From a virus, in the IMG/VR virus record IMGVR_UViG_3300025381_000001: DNA of 64,000 nt, one strand, 5' to 3'. The notes below the pieces were generated by a model. The model saw nothing but the letters and a program-made list of their open reading frames with translations. It was not told the DNA's origin and made no database searches. The position numbers and the translations under genes are program-made. Shown here one piece after another: positions 60,057-64,000 of the stretch; position 1 is the first letter of the stretch; each line of letters starts with the position of its first letter.

Positions 60057-62069
60057 TTAGCCCTTTGCTAGTCCATATCTACGGTGATGGCCACCGTCAG
60101 CCTCTAGAGGAATCCCCGGCATGTAGGAAGGAGCGATGGTCATCTGCTCCAACACCCAGTCCGTGGCTTCCTTAGCTTCTTCTTGCGGTGCAACCGCAAT
60201 CAACTCATCATGCACTGTTCCCTTGACAGGGTAGCGCTTGTTCACACGCAACATACCATCAGTCATCACGACTCGCGCAACCGCCTGCGTCACGTTGTTT
60301 GTCACCTTACCTGCGTACAGCTTGGTGGGCTTCTTGCCCTCTTCGCCATACACCCAGTTCATCACGACATCGCCTTTCTTGCCCAGCACTTTCTTGCCGT
60401 CAGCGTCTAGCTCGGGTTCACGGCGCAGGTTGGGGTAGAGCAGGCTCATGCCAGAAGGCAGCACGATCTCTTCTTTCTTGAATGTCACGCACTTGTGCGT
60501 GTACTCTTTGCCGCCGTACAACGCGGTTTGAATCAAGCCCTCACACATTTGCCAGAACGAAGTCACAGGGTGCGCTGTGGCGCGGTAGATGTCGATGATC
60601 TTCTTGGCCGCAACGCAATGAATCAACAACTCTTGCGTGGTGCAGGTGTGCGGTATATCTTCAAGCTTTTTGAGGTTGTCCGAGTTCTCAAGGAACTTGT
60701 AGATGTACCCGCTATCTACGCCCAGCTTTTTAGCGAACTCCTTGCCGTACCTAACAGGGGGCGCACCGAGGAAGCCAACAAGTAGCTGCGCACTAAATGA
60801 CGCCCATCCCAATCCGTAGCCGCATCCAAGCAACGCGCTCTTGGCAGACTGGCGTAAGTCCGGATGGCTCTCTTTTGTGAGGCCGGGGATGTTGAACATT
60901 TGAGCGCCGAAAGCGGCGTAAGGGTCGCCCCCAGCATTGAAGATGTAGAGCATGTCGTCGTAATCCGAAAGCCACGCAAGAACTCGCGGTTCAATTTGCG
61001 ATAGATCGCCGACGATGAGTTCATAGCCTTCGGGAGCCATAATTGCTTTGCGTAGGAATGAGCCTCGCTTGAGGTTTTGCATGTTGATTGCGCTGCCCTT
61101 GCTCGCTGTCCAACGTCCTGATAGTGCCCCGTAGTATGAAAGTGGAACAGGTAGCGCCCCCCTTCCGCTGATATCAAGAAAACGCTGCGCCCGGGTCCGC
61201 TCCGTGGTTGATTTAACTTTAAGGCGAGCCTCGCAAAGCAGTCGGACATCTTCATTGTCGCCGTTGAGGAGCGCTTGAAAGAGCGCATCATTCTTTGCAA
61301 GCGCAAGAGTTTGCTTTCCGGTGGTCTTGCTTTTTTTCTTTGGCGCAGGTACACCAAGAGTTTCGAGAAGCTTTGCGAATTGAGGATTTGATGCAAGCGC
61401 AGTTTCTTCGATGCCGAGTTTTGTAAGTAGTGACTCACGTTGAACTCCTTCTTCATATAGTGCTTTGATGAGCATCTCACGATCTAGCTCCAGCACGGGT
61501 TGCGTGTACATCTTCAACGTCATGTCAATGAGTCGAAGTTCTTTGGTTGGGTAGCCTACAGCGAGGCGTTTGAAAATCTCTTCGCAAAGAAAGACATCGT
61601 GCTTGCAGTAGTCCGCAAGCTCCGCTTCAATCTCGGGCGTGAGTTCTTGTAGGCCATCCGTGGAATGCACGGCCTTGCCCTTGGGCGGGAGTTCAAACGC
61701 TTCGGCAAGTTTGAAGAGACTATTGCCGACTTCGACGCCCCGTAGAGCGCGTGCCATGCTGAGGCTGTCAAAGATAAAACAGGGGTGGACGTTGTAGCAC
61801 CAAGAAAGGATGGACACATCAAACTGGGCGTCGTGGGCAAGCACGGCAGTGGTGCTCCAGTCATAGGTGGATAGGACTCGACGTAGTTCATCGCCTCGAT
61901 ACCACTGTGTGATTTTGTCTGTGCCGAACTCGTGGATGCACGCACCGAATGCTTTGAATCGTTTGTCACGGATGTACTCCTCTGTTGTCATCTTGGAAAG
62001 TGTGTAGTCTTTAGAACTCCAGCGCGTCTCGAAGTCGATGACCAGCAGTGTTTTGTATGGTGCGTTCAT
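60057..62069 (-). CDS. family A DNA polymerase with 3'-5' exonuclease domain
   Basis: ATG at 62069 (ATGA overlap). Exo motifs LVIDFET, AHDAQFDVSIL and YCKHDV. Pol motifs A DLSQIEPRVLAW, B RQSAKSALLGCGYGLG and C TVHDELIA. Confidence 0.9.
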   Translation of the reverse strand: MNAPYKTLLVIDFETRWSSKDYTLSKMTTEEYIRDKRFKAFGACIHEFGTDKITQWYRGDELRRVLSTYDWSTTAVLAHDAQFDVSILSWCYNVHPCFIFDSLSMARALRGVEVGNSLFKLAEAFELPPKGKAVHSTDGLQELTPEIEAELADYCKHDVFLCEEIFKRLAVGYPTKELRLIDMTLKMYTQPVLELDREMLIKALYEEGVQRESLLTKLGIEETALASNPQFAKLLETLGVPAPKKKSKTTGKQTLALAKNDALFQALLNGDNEDVRLLCEARLKVKSTTERTRAQRFLDISGRGALPVPLSYYGALSGRWTASKGSAINMQNLKRGSFLRKAIMAPEGYELIVGDLSQIEPRVLAWLSDYDDMLYIFNAGGDPYAAFGAQMFNIPGLTKESHPDLRQSAKSALLGCGYGLGWASFSAQLLVGFLGAPPVRYGKEFAKKLGVDSGYIYKFLENSDNLKKLEDIPHTCTTQELLIHCVAAKKIIDIYRATAHPVTSFWQMCEGLIQTALYGGKEYTHKCVTFKKEEIVLPSGMSLLYPNLRREPELDADGKKVLGKKGDVVMNWVYGEEGKKPTKLYAGKVTNNVTQAVARVVMTDGMLRVNKRYPVKGTVHDELIAVAPQEEAKEATDWVLEQMTIAPSYMPGIPLEADGGHHRRYGLAKG

Positions 62070-62293
62070 TGCTGGGCGTTTCTTGTTAAAAACTGTGTTG
62101 CTAAACCCACTTGCTTTTTTGTGTAGCTGCTGGGCAACGAAGATCCTACTTTGTGTACAGACGATTCTGGAGGACAAACTTCTCTTGCTCTACGCTCAAG
62201 CGTGTCATAGTCGGCGTCTGTAAGCACGGGTTCTGCCAACACATAGTAGAGGTAGCGGTGCGCCATAACTTCGTCTTCGTATTCTTGTGTCAT
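62066..62293 (-). CDS. stand-alone NAD-dependent DNA ligase domain-Ia-like mini-protein
   Basis: AHRYLYYVLAEPVLTDADYDTLERRAREVCPPESSVHKVGSSLP aligns by eye with E. coli LigA [50 protein letters not shown]. Confidence 0.6.
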   Translation of the reverse strand: MTQEYEDEVMAHRYLYYVLAEPVLTDADYDTLERRAREVCPPESSVHKVGSSLPSSYTKKQVGLATQFLTRNAQQ

Positions 62294-62583
62294 GCTTGCC
62301 CCCTTGCTCGGATTGTTTTTGCGGCAAACTTAAAGCAAACCTTCTCAAGTTCTCTGTAGGCTTTAATCGTTTCGACAGTTTTTGCACACGCCTCACGTTC
62401 TTGTAGAACATCCCAATGACGTTGACAAATAATGTTCTCAAGGTCTGAAATTTTCTTTTCGTAACGCAGTGCTACCAGTTTGGCAAAACGCTCAAGATAT
62501 TTTGGCTCAACAAATCGAACCTCATACCCATTGTCATGTGCTCCAGCCTGTCTAGCCATTTCAATGATTTCATCTTCTTTCAA
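62290..62583 (-). CDS. hypothetical protein
   Basis: 97-aa ORF, ATGA-coupled. The EIIEMARQAG N-terminus is typical of small phage proteins. Confidence 0.6.
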   Translation of the reverse strand: MKEDEIIEMARQAGAHDNGYEVRFVEPKYLERFAKLVALRYEKKISDLENIICQRHWDVLQEREACAKTVETIKAYRELEKVCFKFAAKTIRARGQA

Positions 62584-62888
62584 TTCATCATCTCCTTGTC
62601 AGGTGCGTCACTTTGATTGACCTCCACCATAACCTCATACGCATCGCTAATGATCTGCGTGGTCAGCATCTCGTCCACGTTCACGCCAATCACAATGCCT
62701 TGGGGCGACTTGTCGTTATCCACAATCACCACGGCACGCATGTCGGGGTCAACGTAGCACTTGGCCAGTGTTGAAAACAGCATCTTCATGTGGTCGCGCT
62801 TGCGCTCGGGCAGCGACATGATGAGTTCTAGAAAAGCGTTTTGCGCTTCTGTTAGCGAGTCCTTGACGGCTTGGCTTATTTGTTCCAT
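62580..62888 (-). CDS. hypothetical acidic protein
   Basis: 102-aa ORF with overlapping coupling to both neighbours. Confidence 0.6.
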   Translation of the reverse strand: MEQISQAVKDSLTEAQNAFLELIMSLPERKRDHMKMLFSTLAKCYVDPDMRAVVIVDNDKSPQGIVIGVNVDEMLTTQIISDAYEVMVEVNQSDAPDKEMMN

Positions 62889-63163
62889 TTCAATAATTCC
62901 TTTATGTTGTCTACGTTGTGTTCATCAATCACGAAAGCCAAACCTTTGGCTTGTTGAATGCGCTCGATTTCGCGCAGTTGCAGTGGCGTGGGCTTGTTGC
63001 CGTTGGCCTTGCATTCAAACGCTACAAACAGTCCGTTGTAGCAACCAATCACATCGGGTATCCCTGCACGTCCCATGCCGTTTTGCACAGGCGAGAAGTT
63101 GTAGATACCCATTGCTTCAAGGTGTTTCTTTAGCTTGGCTTTTACTTTTGCTTCGGGGGTCAT
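62876..63163 (-). CDS. VRR-NUC domain nuclease
   Basis: GIPDVIGCYNGLFVAFECK is a PD-(D/E)XK core, and the size and context are typical of VRR-NUC. Confidence 0.75.
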   Translation of the reverse strand: MTPEAKVKAKLKKHLEAMGIYNFSPVQNGMGRAGIPDVIGCYNGLFVAFECKANGNKPTPLQLREIERIQQAKGLAFVIDEHNVDNIKELLKWNK

Positions 63164-63489
63164 GCTGCGCCTTTAGGGGCGAGATGCTCGCGTGCATAGG
63201 CGCTCGAATCGGTGACTTCAATCACGCCATCTAAGTTTCTACCCCATTTAACTTCCATGCCACGGGTCAGCTTCACGTCAGGCGCGTTGAAGGTCTTGCC
63301 ATCATTGGCGATCTCTTTGTTGAGCACCGCAAACACTTCGGTGAGGGACGTACCCAAGGCTTTCAAACAACGTGAGTAAAACCAAATCGTCTTATCCACA
63401 TCCGGCAAGCGAGTCGCGCTGGGGTCAGAGGCAAGAAGGATATACAGCAGGCGCAAAGCAATCCAATCGGGGGCTTGTAACAGTTCCAT
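63160..63489 (-). CDS. hypothetical protein
   Basis: 109-aa ORF with a GGAGAAATC SD. Confidence 0.6.
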   Translation of the reverse strand: MELLQAPDWIALRLLYILLASDPSATRLPDVDKTIWFYSRCLKALGTSLTEVFAVLNKEIANDGKTFNAPDVKLTRGMEVKWGRNLDGVIEVTDSSAYAREHLAPKGAA

Positions 63490-63670
63490 GATTTCTCCAG
63501 TTGTAGGGCGAGGGGGTTTGTAGATTGGTACCGTGCCCCCTCGATGTCACGGCTGAAAGGTTCAACACTGCCCAAAACTCACGCGGCGTGCCGCGCCTAG
63601 GGGAGACAGTGTTGCTACGCTAGGCTTCACATCTACAAGGCTAGAACAAAGCGCAGTTATGATTTTCCCC

Positions 63671-64000
63671 CTAGGTATTGATCTCTACGGGTGTCAATTC
63701 TTTTTCTTTGGCCAGCAAGAACAACAGGCAGCACCCAGCGTGCGCAAGGTGTGAGAGGCCTGTCTCGGGGTCTAGCTCCTCGTCTTGGTTGTAGGCAACG
63801 AGGTGTCGCAGTGCGGCGGCTAGGTAGCGTTGTTTGTGGTTTGGCACAGCACGCCAGTTGTTGCGTGCGTACTTCTTCGCGCCAAACTCCAGCACCTTCA
63901 CAATCTCTTCGAGACCACTCCAAGGCACGAGTGTGTAGTCCAGTTTGTCGGCATCAAACTTCAAGCCGATTTGGTTTTCATTGGGGATAGGTTTAGTCAT
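63671..64000 (-). CDS. DUF5664-like (dATP/dGTP diphosphohydrolase N-terminal domain-like) protein
   Basis: DADKLDYTLVPWSGLEEIVKVLEFGAKKYARNNW...AAALRHLVAY...ETGLSHLAHAGCCLLFL matches the family pattern as I recall it. The ATG sits exactly at the window edge, so the true start may lie outside. Confidence 0.5.
   Translation of the reverse strand: MTKPIPNENQIGLKFDADKLDYTLVPWSGLEEIVKVLEFGAKKYARNNWRAVPNHKQRYLAAALRHLVAYNQDEELDPETGLSHLAHAGCCLLFLLAKEKELTPVEINT

Noticed and set aside
1-64000. CRISPR arrays, rRNA genes, transposase/IS elements, a reverse transcriptase/DGR, and toxin-antitoxin pairs.
   Set aside because: I found no regularly spaced direct repeats and no rRNA-like conserved blocks. I also recognised no DDE/tyrosine/serine recombinase or RT (YxDD) motifs while reading the ORF translations.

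Overview
This window looks like most of the genome of a tailed dsDNA phage, free or as a prophage. The host is Gram-negative, because a spanin pair and lipobox lipoproteins are present. The virion is podovirus-like: there is no tape measure or sheath, but there are internal virion proteins, including an SLT-domain protein and a 2509-aa giant protein.

Architecture:
- 1-9140, minus strand: an early arm of small genes, many ATGA/TGATG-coupled, ending at a divergent control region.
- 9390-9900, plus strand: a tRNA/structured-RNA island.
- 9986-51168, plus strand: the late arm. It carries terS, terL, portal, GroES-like protein, scaffold, capsid, a glycosyltransferase, many small basic proteins, tail fibres, an embedded lysis cassette and internal/ejection proteins.
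- 51128-64000, minus strand: a convergent replication arm. It carries prim-pol/SF3 helicase, SSB-like protein, SNF2 helicase, Cas4-like exonuclease, family A DNA polymerase and VRR-NUC.

I saw no phage RNA polymerase, integrase, CRISPR array, rRNA or reverse transcriptase.

Most notable observations:
- A hairpin-bracketed early cassette pairing a glutamine-synthetase-like amidoligase with an Ntn (class-II GATase-like) hydrolase.
- Six copies of a 17-bp palindrome sitting right after early-gene stop codons.
- A stand-alone RNA polymerase alpha-CTD mimic, plus a TraR-type zinc finger.
- A stand-alone NAD-ligase domain-Ia-like mini-protein.
- A tRNA island with one clean tRNA-Pro, a chimeric-looking tRNA-Tyr and tRNA-sized helical modules.
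- A duplicated portal 5' end flanking an AT-rich inserted gene.
- The giant HExxH-containing virion protein.

All domain calls come from motif recognition by eye. No searches were run.
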